The notes: generated from the sequence alone by a model not told the origin. Counted from the first letter of the stretch, positions 1 through 13,900 are shown. The stretch: DNA of 64,000 nucleotides from Takakia lepidozioides (GCA_030704615.1 CM060731.1:90954001-91018000); one strand, 5' to 3'. Numbers and translations are program-made.

Positions 1-660
1 CTGGCTACTCCTCTACATATGACCTCACAAACATGCACCTGCCTTGCCAGACTATGTCCGGACATCCTATTGGTGCAAGGCTTGTCCACAAAAGCCTCAC
101 CCCCCATCACACCCACCAGATCACTCACTATACAATTCATCGAATTCACATTCTGCCATGACCGCTATCCACAAGACGCTATCTTAGATAAAAGACAAAA
201 ATATGCCCCACTCATCCTAGCTATCTACCCAAGGATGGCGCACTGGTCCCCTCACCGTCATCATAGCAGGTACCAGAGGCGGCATCCACAATGCCAGCAT
301 TAAAGACCTGCACAAAAAAAATCACATCCCAATCTCCCCAATCCACAAATGCTTCCAAGCTATTCACCTCACAGCTCTTCGCTCTCTCACCGCCATTATC
401 ACCAATAAAAGAAAACTGGAATCCAACTCCACCGCATTACCCCAAGCACCCGGGGCCCTCCCCGGGGTACACCCCCGGGAGGGGTAAACCCTTCCCTGCT
501 ACCACTAACCCACCCGTGCATACCCACCTCTGGTTACTAGGTGCCCTACCGGGCACCAGTTTTATCATAGGGCCCACCCCCGACAGGGGGCAATAGCCGC
601 AAGACAAAGTGGCTCTTAGTTACGCCGGCTCCGGCCGGAGTCTTCTCTCTCTCTCTCTCT
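1..660 (+). mobile_element. 3' end of a non-LTR retrotransposon with C-terminal restriction-like endonuclease (RLE), frameshifted; structured 3' UTR and (CT)n tail
   Basis: ORF 19-303 has PDILL...IQFIEFTFCHD...KRQKYAPL (PD-(D/E)xK RLE pattern). After a frameshift near 230 the next frame reads GWRTGPLTVIIAGTRGGIH...IHLTALRSLTAIITNKRKLE, a typical RLE C-terminus. It is followed by GC hairpins (456-483, 577-590, 625-638) and (TC)n at 644-660. Confidence 0.7.
644..660. repeat. (TC)n microsatellite, probable LINE tail
   Basis: tctctctctctctctct immediately after the structured 3' UTR. Confidence 0.85.
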
Positions 661-746
661 AGGTCTCCCATCCCCAAAACTAAACCAAGCAGAAAACAAA
701 AACCACCCCCAATTCACCCCCAAAATCAACCCCAATCCCCCCCCCC

Positions 747-1447
747 CACTAGGCTGGCCTCGCGACGGCAAGGCGTTGGTACCAGCGACGTGTTTTTTTG
801 GCGGGGGTCGCAAGCCGCGAGGGCCGGGCGTCGCAAATACCAATGCAAGCAGCAACGCCCGACCCCCCCTGCGACGGGTTTTTTTGGTCCGGGGGTCGCA
901 AGCCGCGATGCCCTGGCGTCGCGGATCCCACCACCCTGCCTGCGCCACGTGTTTTTATTTTTTGATTGAATGTAAAGAAAGCGACGCCAGAGCGTCGCGG
1001 GAACCCACGCCCTGGCGTCGCCGAGCCCGACTCCAGCTCCTGCTGATTTATTTTTTTTGGCCACGCCCAATAGTCGCTTGGCGTACCACCCAGCTTACGC
1101 ACGTGTTTTTGGTTTTGAGGATGGGACTCCCGGCAGGTTAGAAAAAAAGGGGATGCGACGCCGCACCATCACCCCCACCAATGCCGTCGGCTGGAAGGCA
1201 GTGACGGCGAGTCGTCGCTTGCAGGAGGCCCCTGCCATCGGCGTGGACAGCCCGAAAAGCGACGTCCGGCAGTCGCGGGAGTTGGGGCGGGGGCTCGCGA
1301 CCCCCATACGTCGCATTTTTGCGACGTTTTTTTTGGCGACGCCCGTGCGACTGCCGTGCGATGGCCAGGCGTCGCAAAAATGGCGCCTGCCTCGTGCCCG
1401 AAATGGGCGTTTTCCTGACATGCAAAGGCCCCCCTTCTCCTATAGTG
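747..1447. mobile_element. Non-autonomous CACTA-type element with GCGACG/CGTCGC subterminal repeats
   Basis: Begins CACTA (747) and ends ccccccttctcctaTAGTG (1447). The body is packed with gcgacg/cgtcgc motifs in both orientations. The right end closely matches the CACTA end at 57242. Flanks ccc/cct are a near 3-bp TSD. The left TIR matches only over CACTA. Confidence 0.55.
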
Positions 1448-1950
1448 CCTATACTTCCAAACAAACACGGTCTCACTTCAGCCAGCATATCAACATATCT
1501 ACGAACACTTCAAGCCCTTCCTCGCCCCCTCCCACTTCCAACCAAAACCCACCCCACACACCCAATTACCACCTTTGGCCTCCCAATAAGCGACCACCCT
1601 GTGCTAGTCTAGACAACACACAAACTACACCAATATCCCACACAACACCTCCTATTCTCCCTAATCATTAACATCTCTCCACTCCCAACCATATGTAATG
1701 ACTTCTCATGGCCCACCCGGATACACATGTCTGTGCCCTCTTACACACAAATTACAACTACTACCCACCCATCCCCACAATTACCTAGCACCCCCCCATC
1801 ACCTAACTGAACTGCAGGACTCACTCCAACTCCTCCAATCGAACCCCGGAGATGTCCACAAAATACTTGGCGAATACCTCTCCAACTCCACCCTCGACCC
1901 CCACACTATCTCTAACAAATTTCCATTCCTCTCTGAACACATTCTAAAGG
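1448..1950 (+). mobile_element. C/A-rich degenerate LINE-like coding fragment (probably same family as 1-660)
   Basis: Same strong C/A strand bias as 1-600 and 31900-36400; short ORF 1698-1950; no diagnostic motif. Confidence 0.3.
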
Positions 1951-2452
1951 GGGGTGCTATTCCGTGAGCCCGGAGGCGTGAGCCCAGGAAAGCATGAGCC
2001 CAGCACAGGCTCACGCCACGTCAGCATGCAAACAGTGCCTATTTCCACGGATGTCACCTATTTCCGAGTGGTGTCACCTATTTCCGCGGGTTGATGTGGG
2101 TAGAATTGAGAATGCCTGAACAGTTTTTGATGAGGTGGACTTCACCGTGATGGATTCACCAACCATTCTTCTAGCAGGAATAGTTTGGGGACCAACTAGC
2201 AAATCATGCGAGAATGCTCTACACGAACCAAAGTGGTTTGTTTGTTTTCGCAATGTACTCAAGTCTGTGAGGTCCACAAAACACCAAATAGATTGAAGGA
2301 ACAATCCAGGCAGTCCATGCAACCCCCATCTCCAACAATAGTTTGTAACCATGAATGTGAATTCCACGCACACATTGCAAACAGGACAACAAGGACACAC
2401 AACCATCCCATTTCAAATTTGGCCCAGAATTAAACCAAAAGAAAACTTCATA

Positions 2453-5400
2453 TCAAGTGTCGCAGTCATCACAATCAGTGTCCACCTCCTGTGCTATGTC
2501 ATCTACAAAGATTCTGGCCCCAACACCACGTGTTCTACGAAGGCCGTCGTAAGGTGGACTCGGAGTGCCATGAACGGACATGCTTGCTGCGAGTGCCTCC
2601 GCATAGACAGGTAGCACGCAAGACCGAGGAGGACTGCAAACAAGTCCAAATAGGTGTGATAGCCCTGGAGGGCAAGTGGAAGCACGCGGACTCCTGCACA
2701 TGTCCACAAAACCCCATTTTTAACACAATGATGCAATGCACAAGTCCAACAAAGAGGATGTCTCCCATGTGCATTTTGCCTCAAGAACAGCGATTCTCGA
2801 TATTGAAACAACAATGCAAGCATGCACAGGTTGAACTTACTCACAGGCAAAGTCGGAGTCCAGCTCCTTGTCAGAAGTCTCCTCTGTATCAGTATCAGCA
2901 AGACGGGGCTTCGGAAGGACTTGAGAAGTGTGTCCACCCAAACCCATCAGGAGGTTCTTGTAAATCTCAGCATCCCCTTCAATCCCAAAGAGATGTCGCG
3001 CACTGGCCTTGCAAGCGTGGTAAGAAGCACCTGCAGTGGAATAGAATGAATGAAGCAGACATTGAAGACACATTCGGAACGGTGGGAAGTGCTGAAAGTG
3101 CAAGCTCAATCAAACCTCATGAAATGTGAATGTTGAAGAGACGAACCTGTGCCCATCGACAAATCCAGAACTCTAGCGTCTGTGTAGGTGCAGCACTCCA
3201 CAATCGTTTGAATGAAAGCCGGGCTCCTCTCCCTCGCCCCTCTCCAAGGAACCCCATTCCCCCTTCGCAAGCACACGTTGCTGTCGACGTGGTTGTGATG
3301 CATGTCATCCGTGGGAGGATCTGTCCTGTCATCTATGAACTTGGCCCCATGAGTGATGGCGAACTCGGTAATGCCGGCCGGAGTCGTTTGTGGATGCACC
3401 CGGACGAGACAAACAGCTTCAAACAGACGAGTCTGCGAACATGACATCCACAAGGAACTAAGAAGCAAAAAAAAATCGGGCCCCTACATATGAGTTCGAG
3501 CGACCTATACAACCCCATCCAAGAACAACCAAGAAGAGGAAGAAGAAGGCAAACTCACCATCTCTCCCGGACGATCCCCCTTCGTAAGGTACATGCTGTT
3601 CACACAATTCCATGTCTTCACGACTCTCATGCCCGAGGCTTTCAAATAGCTGGAAAGTGCACGGCGACACCGAACGTCGATGGACTGGATGAGCACCAAA
3701 ACACCTGCATCGGACAGGAAGAAGTTGCAAAAGGAGAAAACCCACCGCCAGTAGCGCTCATCAAAAGCATTCCAACCCGGACAAGCACCCGATGGAGGGA
3801 TATCCGGGACTGCCAACCCATCAGGGATGTCCAAGATGATGAGTTCGGCTGCATATGGCTTCTCCTTCCCGTTCACCCAGGATTTGGTCATTTTAGCCTG
3901 CAAACAAAAATACAATGGAATTCTCACAAGTTTAGAAATGATCCATGCCCACAGCAGACAAAGACAACAGAAGCCACAGAACCCAAAGAGAACACGCACC
4001 GTGCTGAGGAACTCCACAATCCTGTCCCACACTGGTGATGGCTCGCCCTTGTAATCAGATTTCTTCGACTCCATCATGGCAAGGAACCCGACGTTGGCCA
4101 TCTCCAACCTGGTTGGGCGAATGACCCTCGTGGGATGTTCCACTGCATGGTACGGGTCCTTGGGATCAACCACCCCCTTGTTTTTTCTCCCGGATCCCCT
4201 ACCATGCGGTGGAGTCTGCTGGACATGCTCCACATGGCCAATATCTGCAACACTTCCCTGCCCTTGTGCCACCTTCCCTCTACCCCTTCCCTTCCCTACA
4301 ACACCAGCAACATCTTTTCCCTTTGCCTTTCTTCCTCTACCTGGGGTATCCTGAGCGGGAGGCTCCTTCTCTACAAGAGTCCTCAAATTTCGTTCATGAA
4401 TGTCGAGGTCGGCTGCTGCGGCAGTGGCTGCAATACGGTCATTCTCTCTCCTCAAAGACACCTCTGGAGCTGGGGTCTCAGAAGGAGGGCAATCCAAATA
4501 TCAACCACAAGAAGAAAGATGGTCTGGGCCCCAGTCATGCAAGATCCCAGTAGTAAACATGGTCTGGTTGCCAACAGGGACAAGCCACAGGTCCACGAAA
4601 TCTGGATGTTTGTCCAGGCAATTCTCTTCCAGGAGAACAAACTTTATGTACCTGCAGCAATAGAGACAGCCTCATTTTACAATGGAAATATTGTGTGGCA
4701 ACTTTTCCATCACACCAGAAAGACCCCCTTCAACAGAATGCCACACAACACATTGCAACCACAGCACAAATAAGTAGTGCAAGAGTATGCACCTGTACAG
4801 GCATCGTTTCCAGGCTTCCTCTCCTTTTTCTTGCTGGTCCAGCTCATTTGTTCGACTGATGCCACCCTCCTTGCTGAACTCTCTAAAGAAACAAGAGTGC
4901 CACACTGTGGATCTCCATTTCCTCATGTATGCTTCGAAGGACACCTTCGGTGCTATCATACTGATGCCATAGTCAGCCAGCTGAGTATGCAGAACCGATC
5001 TGGCCCTTTCTTCCAACTGCAAAACAATACAAATGCAAGAATGAACCCAAAAGCAATCACAGCAAATGTAAGAGGCAATAGAAAGATAAGGATAGGAAAA
5101 GAGAAAAGACAGTGACACAGGGAAGGACATCACACCTGGCTCCAGTAAGTGGCCTTGTGAAGCCATGTGTCCAGCACATTGTCACTGACAGGAATGACAC
5201 GCTGGGTCTTCTTCTCTTTCTCCGGCCTTGGGAACATGTGGGTATCCATAACTGTGGGATCGGAGTTCCATATCTGCAGCCACTTCACCTTTTGTTCTGG
5301 AGACACAACGGCGGTAGACAACCTGTGCAACTTCTCCTGGGCCATTTCTGGCTTGCCTGGCTTGTTATAATGGTTTTTTATCTCCAGGAGAAACTGCGGT

Positions 5401-7730
5401 CCAAATGATGGGTCGGCAATTCTCAACTGCTTCACGAAAGCACTCATTATAGTCCTTCTTGTAGCGGTCATCTCTTTCTGGATGCGACTCTCAACCCCCT
5501 TTGCTGTCCTTCTCTCCTCAGGGGTAGAGCTGTAGTATTCCAGTTTGCCACGCTCCCCTGCATCTGCAATGTCTTGCTGCAAGGGAATGCAAGAGAGTTG
5601 CATCAGCACAAGGTCAAGGGAAACAAACAGAAACAAACATGTGGAATATGGAAGACCAGATGAAGGAAGATGTATCTCACCGTGTACATGTACTCCATGA
5701 AAGCCTCACGGGTCAACGAGTACCACGTTTCCGATGTCTTGGAGCTTTCGCACTTCTTGTACATCTCCGCTGAAAGGATGGTCTTGAAGTTGGTCAAGGG
5801 CATCTGCCCTATCCTTTGTATCCTATACAGTGTGTGAACCAAACTCGTTTTGACATGCGATGTCTCTGTTCCTCTGCAGAATGATATCTGTAAGTCAGAA
5901 TGAAATTCAAGGTCTTCAATCAAAGAAGAACGGAACCACAAGTGGAACATGTAGAATGAGAAACCAACCTGTTCACATCATTCATTGTCGTCAGAAGACC
6001 CATCATGTTCCCGTCACAATCCAGCACCATCGATCGAACAGAGTAATGTCACTCTTCCTCCTGTGAGTGCAGCCTCCCAATGACAGCCATCCATGCAAGC
6101 AAGCGGTGGTTCCCATCCCAAACGTGAAACATCTTTCCCGAGAATGCCTGGGTGGAAGGTTTCCTGGAGAGAAGAAGTTCGAAGGATTCGTTCAGCTGTC
6201 TCCAAATGGGGTCCCAGGAGTCCACGATTGACTCATCCACGAGGAGCTCATTACCTTTGGAATCCCTAGTAGAAACGTAAAAGACTGCGGATCCATCCAA
6301 ATACCCATGCACAAACTCGGCCTCCAGCTTGAGAATGTCCTTGACGAGGGGTGTACGAACGACGGGCATGGAAACCAACCTACATAGGGGAATCTTCAAC
6401 CTCCCACCCGGGGCAAGCATACTTTGCACCACAAGCTGAGAGTTTACCTTCTGACCCCCCAGCATCTCAGCGGCTTTGCTTTCATAGAACTCATCGTCCA
6501 CATCAACAATTATCTCCTTCTCCTGACCCGAAGGGACCTCATCTGCCACACTTTGCATCTTCTCCTACAGGGTTGTTCATTCAACTTGATATTAGAGAGG
6601 CATGAAACGTCGGCTGAGGCATGAAAAAGTGGACTCAAAGAGTGTGCGTTGACGAATTACCGGTGATGGCGATCGCCAAACTGCAAAAAGCACCGTGCTA
6701 TGTGAGAGAAAGGCAGTCTGTTGGATGACAGGACTTCCCATTGGCATGGGCTGCATGATGGGCTCCTGGAGAGGAATCTGCAGGATGACAGGCTGCTCGT
6801 TGGGAGTCTGCTCCGTTGGAGTCTGCTCCGTTGGAGTCTGCTGGATGACAGGCTGCTGAACGGGAGTCTACTGGATGACGGCCTGCTGAATGGAAGTCTG
6901 CTGGATGGCAGACTCGGCTGTCCCAGACGCATTCCCCCCCGACGCGTTTTGAATATGTAATGCCGCTATAACAGCATATGACCCAGGATACTTCAATAAT
7001 ATGTACTCTCGCACGCGGTCCACTTCCGCACGCACTGTAGTCGCTTGTAAATGAGCATCATTGCTAGGTATCCGCCAAGCCTGAATGGCCCTACGAATAG
7101 AAACACGTTCATCCTGGTACACGGCAGAGAACTTGGACGTCAGGAACATGGACGTGGACTCTATATTCACCTCATGCAGCGGACTGGACTCACAGACCAG
7201 CAGACTGTAACGTGCATACGTAGGGTGGAGGCAACTAGTAGACTATACCAGTGGACTGGACCAGCGGACTGACAAACGGACTCTGTAAGTAATGCAGCGA
7301 TATAAAATAGACTAACTGACGAGCGGAGTGAGCCAGCGGACTGAGGAGAGAACGCAGCGGAATGACCAGACTGAATAGGCAACGTGCCCCCGATGATGGA
7401 CTCAAACAGCACAGAGAACAGACTGGGCGGTCAGACTGACAATTACCTCCTCTACTTCATCATCGTCATCTTCATCTTCAAAGCTGTTCAACCAGTTCTG
7501 TTCCGCCTGTCGGATGAATGTGCGTAGCAGACCTGACTGGGCAACTCTGTAGAAATAACGGAAGAAGTCAGGGTCCCCAATTGGTGGGCACTCTGGTCGG
7601 AAAAGCCCAAAGTCAACGAGGCGCAATGTGCCACGGTAGACTGGCCATTCAGTGCTATGTTGAGTTTTTGGTTTTGACCCTAAACTGATGGCATGGGTCG
7701 CGACATGTCCTATGTTGCCGAATTCCACAG
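2453..7730 (-). pseudogene. Multi-exon gene: Q/P-rich N-terminus + ParB/Sulfiredoxin-like domain + beta-class N6-adenine/N4-cytosine DNA methyltransferase; three premature stops
   Basis: In-frame GT-AG exons (minus): approx.7730-7447, 7170-6661, 6564-5969, 5873-5681, 5576-5136, 5016-4793, 4651-4000, 3897-3559, 3432-3147, 3030-2841, 2633-2453; the two most upstream exons have weak acceptors. ParB-like: KIPLCRLV..VR..DILKLEAEF...FHVWDGNHRLLAW. MTase motif IV-like AELIILDIPDGL, then LSDAGVLVLI, then motifs X-I-II ERSPAFIQTIVECCT..DARVLDLSMGTG/ASYHACKASARHLFGIEGDAEIY (beta order). Stops at 6868 (TAG), 6049 (TGA), 4501 (TGA). Confidence 0.8.
6715..6915 (-). repeat. 15-bp coding tandem repeat (QQPVI/QTPTE-type pentapeptides)
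   Basis: ctgctggatgacagg / ctgctccgttggagt units translate on minus as ..QQTSIQQAVIQ*TPVQQPVIQQTPTEQTPTEQ.. Confidence 0.7.
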
Positions 7731-7900
7731 AAAAAGACAATGTAAAAGTGGGCTCAAACAGTGTGCGTTGACGCACACTGTTTCACTTGTCAGGTAAATG
7801 ATCATTGAACATCTACTTGTGCCAAGTACGTGTTCATTGTAAACTCCAAGATATGCGGCCGACTTCGGATGGAAAAAGTGAAAAGGTGAGTTCGAACAGT

Positions 7901-10900
7901 GTGACATGTACATCTCTAACAGTGTGCGCCAACGCACACTGTTTGAGCTGCCACTGAATGGTTATTTCATCTTGAAAAACCTGCCCTGGAAGTACGAATT
8001 TAACTCGGAAAAAACACTTACATGTTCAGCTCAAACAGTGTGCGCCAACGCACACTGTTTGAGCTGCCACTGAATGGTTATTTCATCATGAAAAACCTGC
8101 CCTGGAAGTCCGAATTTAACACGAAAAAAACAATGACATGTACAGCTCAACGCACACTGTTTGAGCTTCCAGTGAGGGATTCTTTCATCCTCAGAAACAT
8201 GCCCTGGAAGTCCGAATTTAACTCAGAAAAAAACACTTACATGTTTAGCTCAAACAGCGTGCGCCAACGCACACTGTTTGAGCTGCAACTGAATGGTTAT
8301 TTCATCTTGAAAAACCTCCCCTGGAAGTCCTAATTTAACTCGGGAAAAACACTTACATGTTCAGCTCAAACAGACGCACACTATTTGAGCTGCAAGTGAG
8401 GGATTCTTTCATCCTCAGAAACGTGCCCTCGAAGTCCGAATTTAACTCGGAAAAAACACTTACATATTCAGCTCAAACAGTGTGCGCCAACGCACACTGT
8501 TTGAGCTGCCACTGAATGGTTATTTCATCTTGAAAAACCTGCCCTGGAAGTACAAATTTAACTCGGAAAAAACACTTACATGTTCAGCTCAAACAGTGTA
8601 CTCCAACGCACACTGTTTGAGCTGCCACTGAATGGCTATTTCATCTTCATAAACCTGCACTGGAAGTCCGAATTTAACACCAAAAAAACATTGACATGTA
8701 CAGCTCAAACAGTGTGCGTTGACGCACACTGTTTGAGCTGCCAGTGAGGGATTCTTTCATCCTCAGAAACGTGCCCTGGAAGTCCGAATTTAACTCGAAA
8801 AAAACACTTACATGTTTAGCTCAAACAGCGTGCGCCAACGCACCCTGTTTGAGCTGCCACTGAATGGTTATTTCATCTTGAAAAACCTGCCCTGGAAGTC
8901 CGAATTGAACTCGGGAAAAACACTTACATGTTCAGCTCAGACAGTGTGCGCCAACGCACACTGTTTGAGCTGCCACTGAATGGTTATTTCATCTTGAAAA
9001 ACCTGCCCTGGAAGTACGAATTTAACTTGGAAAAAAACATTTACATGTTCAGCTCAAACAGTGTGCGCCAACGCACACTGTTTGAGCTGCCACAAAATGG
9101 TTATTTCATCATGAAAAACCTGCCCTGGAAGTCCGAATTTAACACCAAAAAAAAAGTGACATGTACAGCTCAAACAGTGTGCGTTGACGCACACTGTTTG
9201 AGCTGCTAGTGAGGGATTCTTTCATCCTCAGAAACGTGCCCTGGAAGTCCGAATTTAACTCGGAAAAAACACTTACATGTTTAACTCAAACAGCGTGCGC
9301 CAACGCACACTGTTTGAGCTGCCACTAATTGGTTATTTCATCTTGAAAAACCTAGTCCGAATTTAACTCGGGAAAAACACTTACATGTTCAGCTCAGACA
9401 ATGTGGGCCAACGCACACTGTTTGAGCTGCCAGTGAGGGATTCTTTCATTCTCAGAAACGTGCCCTGGAAGTCCAAATTTAACTCGGAAAAAAAACTTAC
9501 ATGTTCAGCTCAAACAGTGTGCGCCAACGCACACTGTTTGAGCTGACACTGAATGGTTATTTCATCATGAAAAACCTGCCCTGGAAGTCCGAATTTAACA
9601 CCAAAAAAATAGTGACATGTACAGCTCAAAGAGTGTGCGTTGACGCACATTGTTTGAGCTGCCAGTGAGGGATTCTTTCATCCTCAGAAACGTGCCCTGG
9701 AAGTCTGAATTTAACTCGGAAAAAACATTTACATGTTTAGCTCAAACAGCGTGCGCCAACGCACCCTATTTGAGCTGCCACTGAATGGTTATTTCATCTT
9801 GAAAAACCTGCCCTGGAAGTCCGAATTTAACTCGGGAAAAACACTTACATGTTCAGCTCAGACACTATGCGCCAACGCACAGTGTTTGAGCTGCCAGTGA
9901 GGGATTCTTTCATCCTCAGAAACGAGCGCTGGAAGTCCAAATTTAACTCGGAAAAAACACTTACATGTTCAGCTCAAACAGTCTGCGCCAACGCACACAA
10001 TTTGAGATGACACTGAATGGTTATTTCATCATGAAAAACCTGCCCTGGAATTCCGAATTCAACACCAAAAAAACAGTGACATGTACAGCTCAAAGAGTGT
10101 GCGTTGACGCAAACTGTTTGAGCTGCCACTGAGGGATTCTTTTATCCTCAGAAACGTGCCCTGGAAGTCCGAATTTAACTCGGAAAAAACACTTACATGT
10201 TTAGCTCAAACAGCGTGCGCCAACGCACACTGTTTGAGCTGCCACTAATTGGTTATTTCATCTTGAAAAACCTGCCCTGGAAGTCCGAATTTAACTCGGG
10301 AAAAACACTTACATGTTCAGCTCAGACACTGTGCGCCAACGCACACTGTTTGAGCTCCCAGTGAGGGATTCTTTCATCCTCAGAAACGAGCCCTGGAAGT
10401 CAAAATTTAACTCGGAAAAAACACTTACATGTTCAGCTCAAACAGTGTGCGCCAACGCACACAGTTTGAGATGACACTGAATGGTTATTTCATCATGAAA
10501 AACCTGCCCTGGAAGTCCGAATTTAACACCAAAAAAACAGTGACATGTACACCTCAAAGAGTGTGCGTTGACGCACATTGTTTGAGCTGCCAGTGAGGGA
10601 TTCTTTCATCCTCAGAAACGTGCCCTGGAAGTTCCAATTTAACTCGGAAAAAACACTTACATGTTTAGCTCAAACAGCGTGCGCCAACGCACCCTGTTTG
10701 AGCTGCCACTGAATGGTTATTTCATCTTGAAAAACCTGCCCTGGAAGTACGAATTTAACTCGGAAAAAACACTTACATGTTCAGCTCAAACAGTGTGCGC
10801 CAACGCACACTCTTTGAGCTGCCACTGAATGTTTATTTCATCATGAAAAACCAGCCCTGGATGTCCGAATTTACACCAAAAAAACAGTGACTTGTACAAC

Positions 10901-13900
10901 TCAAACAGTGTGCGTTGACGCACACTGATTGAGCTGCCACTGAGGGATTCTTTTATCCTCAGAAACGTGCCCTGGAAGTCCGAATTTAGCTCGGAAAAAA
11001 CACTTACATGTTTAGCTCAAATAGCGTGCGCCAACGCACCCTTTTTGAGCTGCCACTGATTGGTTATTTCATCTTGAAAAACCTGCCCTGGAAGTCCGAA
11101 TTTAACTCGGGAAAAACACTTACATGTTCAGCTCAGACACTGTGCGCCAACGCACAGTGTTTGAGCTGCCAGTGAGGGATTCTTTCATCCTTAGAAACGT
11201 GCCCTGGAAGTCCAAATTTAACTCGGAAAAAACACTTACATGTTCAGCTCAAACAGTGTGCGCCAACGCACACAGTTTGAGATGACACTGAATGGTTATT
11301 TCATCATGAAAAACCTGCCCTGGAATTCCGAATTCAACACCAAAAAAAAAGTGACATGTACAGCTCAAAGAGTGTGCGTTGACGCAAACTGTTTGAGCTG
11401 CCACTGAGGGATTCTTTTATCCTCAGAAACGTGCCCTGGAAGTCCGAATTTAACTCGGAAAAAACACTTACATGTTTAGCTCAAACAGCGTGCGCCAACG
11501 CACACTGTTGAGCTGCCACTAATTGGTTATTTCATCTTGAAAAACCTGCCCTGGAAGTCCGAATTTAACTCGGGAAAAACACTTACATGTTCAGCTCAGA
11601 CACTGTGCGCCAACGCACACTGTTTGAGCTCCCAGTGAGGGATTCTTTCATCCTCAGAAACGAGCCCTGGAAGTCCAAATTTAACTCGGAAAAAACACTT
11701 ACATGTTCAGCTCAAACAGTGTGCGCCAACGCACACAGTTTGAGATGACACTGAATGGTTATTTCATCATGAAAAACCTGCCCTGGAAGTCCGAATTTAA
11801 CACCAAAAAAACAGTGACATGTACACCTCAAAGAGTGTGCGTTGACGCACATTGTTTGAGCTGCCAGTGAGGGATTCTTTCATCCTCAGAAACGTGCCCT
11901 GGAAGTTCCAATTTAACTCGGAAAAAACACTTACATGTTTAGCTCAAACAGCGTGCGCCAACGCACCCTGTTTGAGCTGCCACTGAATGGTTATTTCATC
12001 TTGAAAAACCTGCCCTGGAAGTACGAATTTAACTCGGAAAAAACACTTACATGTTCAGCTCAAACAGTGTGCGCCAACGCACACTCTTTGAGCTGCCACT
12101 GAATGTTTATTTCATCATGAAAAACCAGCCCTGGATGTCCGAATTTACACCAAAAAAAAAGTGACTTGTACACCTCAAACAGTGTGCGTTGACGCACACT
12201 CTTTGAGCTGCCAAAGAGGGATTCTTTCATCCTCAGAAACGTGCCCTTGAAGTCCGAATTTAACTCGGAAAAAACAATTACAAGTTTAGCTCAAACAGCG
12301 TGCGCCAACGCACACTGTTTGAGCTGCCACTGAATGGTTATTTCATCATGAAAAACCTGCCGTGGAAGTCCGAATTTAACACCAAAAAAACAGTGACATG
12401 TACAGCTCAAAGAGTGTGCGTTGACGCACATTGTTTGAGTTGCTAGTGAGGGATTCTTTCATCCTCAGAAACGTGCCCTGGAAGTCCGAATTTAGCTCGG
12501 AAAAAACACTTACATGTTCAGCTCAAACAGTGTGCGCCAACGCACACTGTTTGAGCTGCCACTGAATGGTTATTTCGTCATGAAAAACCAGTTCTGGAAG
12601 TCAGAATTTAACACCAAAAAAACATTGACATGTACAACTCAAACAGTGTGCATTCACGTACACTGTTTGAGCTGCCATTGAGGGATTCTTTCATCCTCAG
12701 AAACGTGCCCTGGAAGTCCGAATTTAACTATGAAAAAACACTTACATGTTCAGCTCAAACAGTGTGCGCCAACGCACACTGTTTGAGCTGCCACTGAATG
12801 GTTATTTCATCATGAAAAACCACCCCTGGAAGTCCGAATTTAACACCAAAAAAACATTGACATGTACAGCTCAAACAATGTGCGTTGACGCACACAATTT
12901 GAGCTGCCAGTGAGGGATTCTTTCATCCTCGGAAACGTGCCCTGGAAGTCCGAATTAAACTCGGAAAAAACACTTACATGTTGAGCTCAAATATCGTGCG
13001 CCAACGCACGCTGTTTGAGCTGCCACTGAATGGTTATTTCATCTTGAAAAACCTGCCCTGGAAGTCCGAATTTAACTCGAAAAAACACTTACATGTTCAG
13101 CTCAAACAGTGTGCGCCAACGCACACAGTTTGAGATGCCACTGAATGGTTATTTCATCATGAAAATCCTGCCCTGGAAGTCCGAATTTAACATCAACAAA
13201 ACATTGACATGTACAGCTCAAACATTGTGCGTTGACACACACTGTTTGAGCTGCCAGTGAGGGATTCTTTCATCCTCGGAAACGTAACCTGGAAGTCCGA
13301 ATTGAACTCGGAAAAAACACTTACATGTTGAGCTCAAACACCGTGCGCCAACGCACGCTGTTTGAGCTGCCACCGAATGGTTATTTCATCTTGAAAAACC
13401 TACCCTGGAAGTCCGAATTTAACTTGGGAAAAAACACTTACATGTTCAGCTCAAACAGTGTGCGCCAACGCACCCTGCTTGAGCTGCCACTGAATGGTTA
13501 TTTCATCATGAAAAAACCTGCCCTGGAAGTCCGAATTTAACACCAAAAAAATAGTGACATGTACAGCTCAAACATTGTGCGTTCACGCACACTGTCTGAG
13601 CTGCCATTGAGGGATACTTTCATCCGCAGAAACGTGCCCTGGAAGTCCGAATTTAGCTCGGAAAAAGCACTTACATGTTCAGCTCAAACAGTGTGCGCCA
13701 ACGCACACTCTTTGAGCTGCCACTGAATGGTTATTTCACCATCATAAACTGCCCTGGAAGGTCCGAATTTAACACCATAAAAACAGTGATATGTACAGCT
13801 CAAACAGTGTGCGTTGACACACACTGTTTGAGCTGCGAGTGAGGGATTCTTTCATCCTCAGAAACGTGCCCTGGAAGTCCGAATTTAACTCGGAAAAAAC

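Noticed and set aside
616-1671. Overlapping Arg/Ala/Pro-rich ORFs on both strands
   Set aside because: They arise from GC-rich CACTA subterminal repeats; no protein motifs.
2074-2450. Possible transposase or SWIM finger near the left end of the candidate giant element
   Set aside because: No DDE, HUH or recombinase motif; it appears to be the 3' UTR of the methyltransferase gene.
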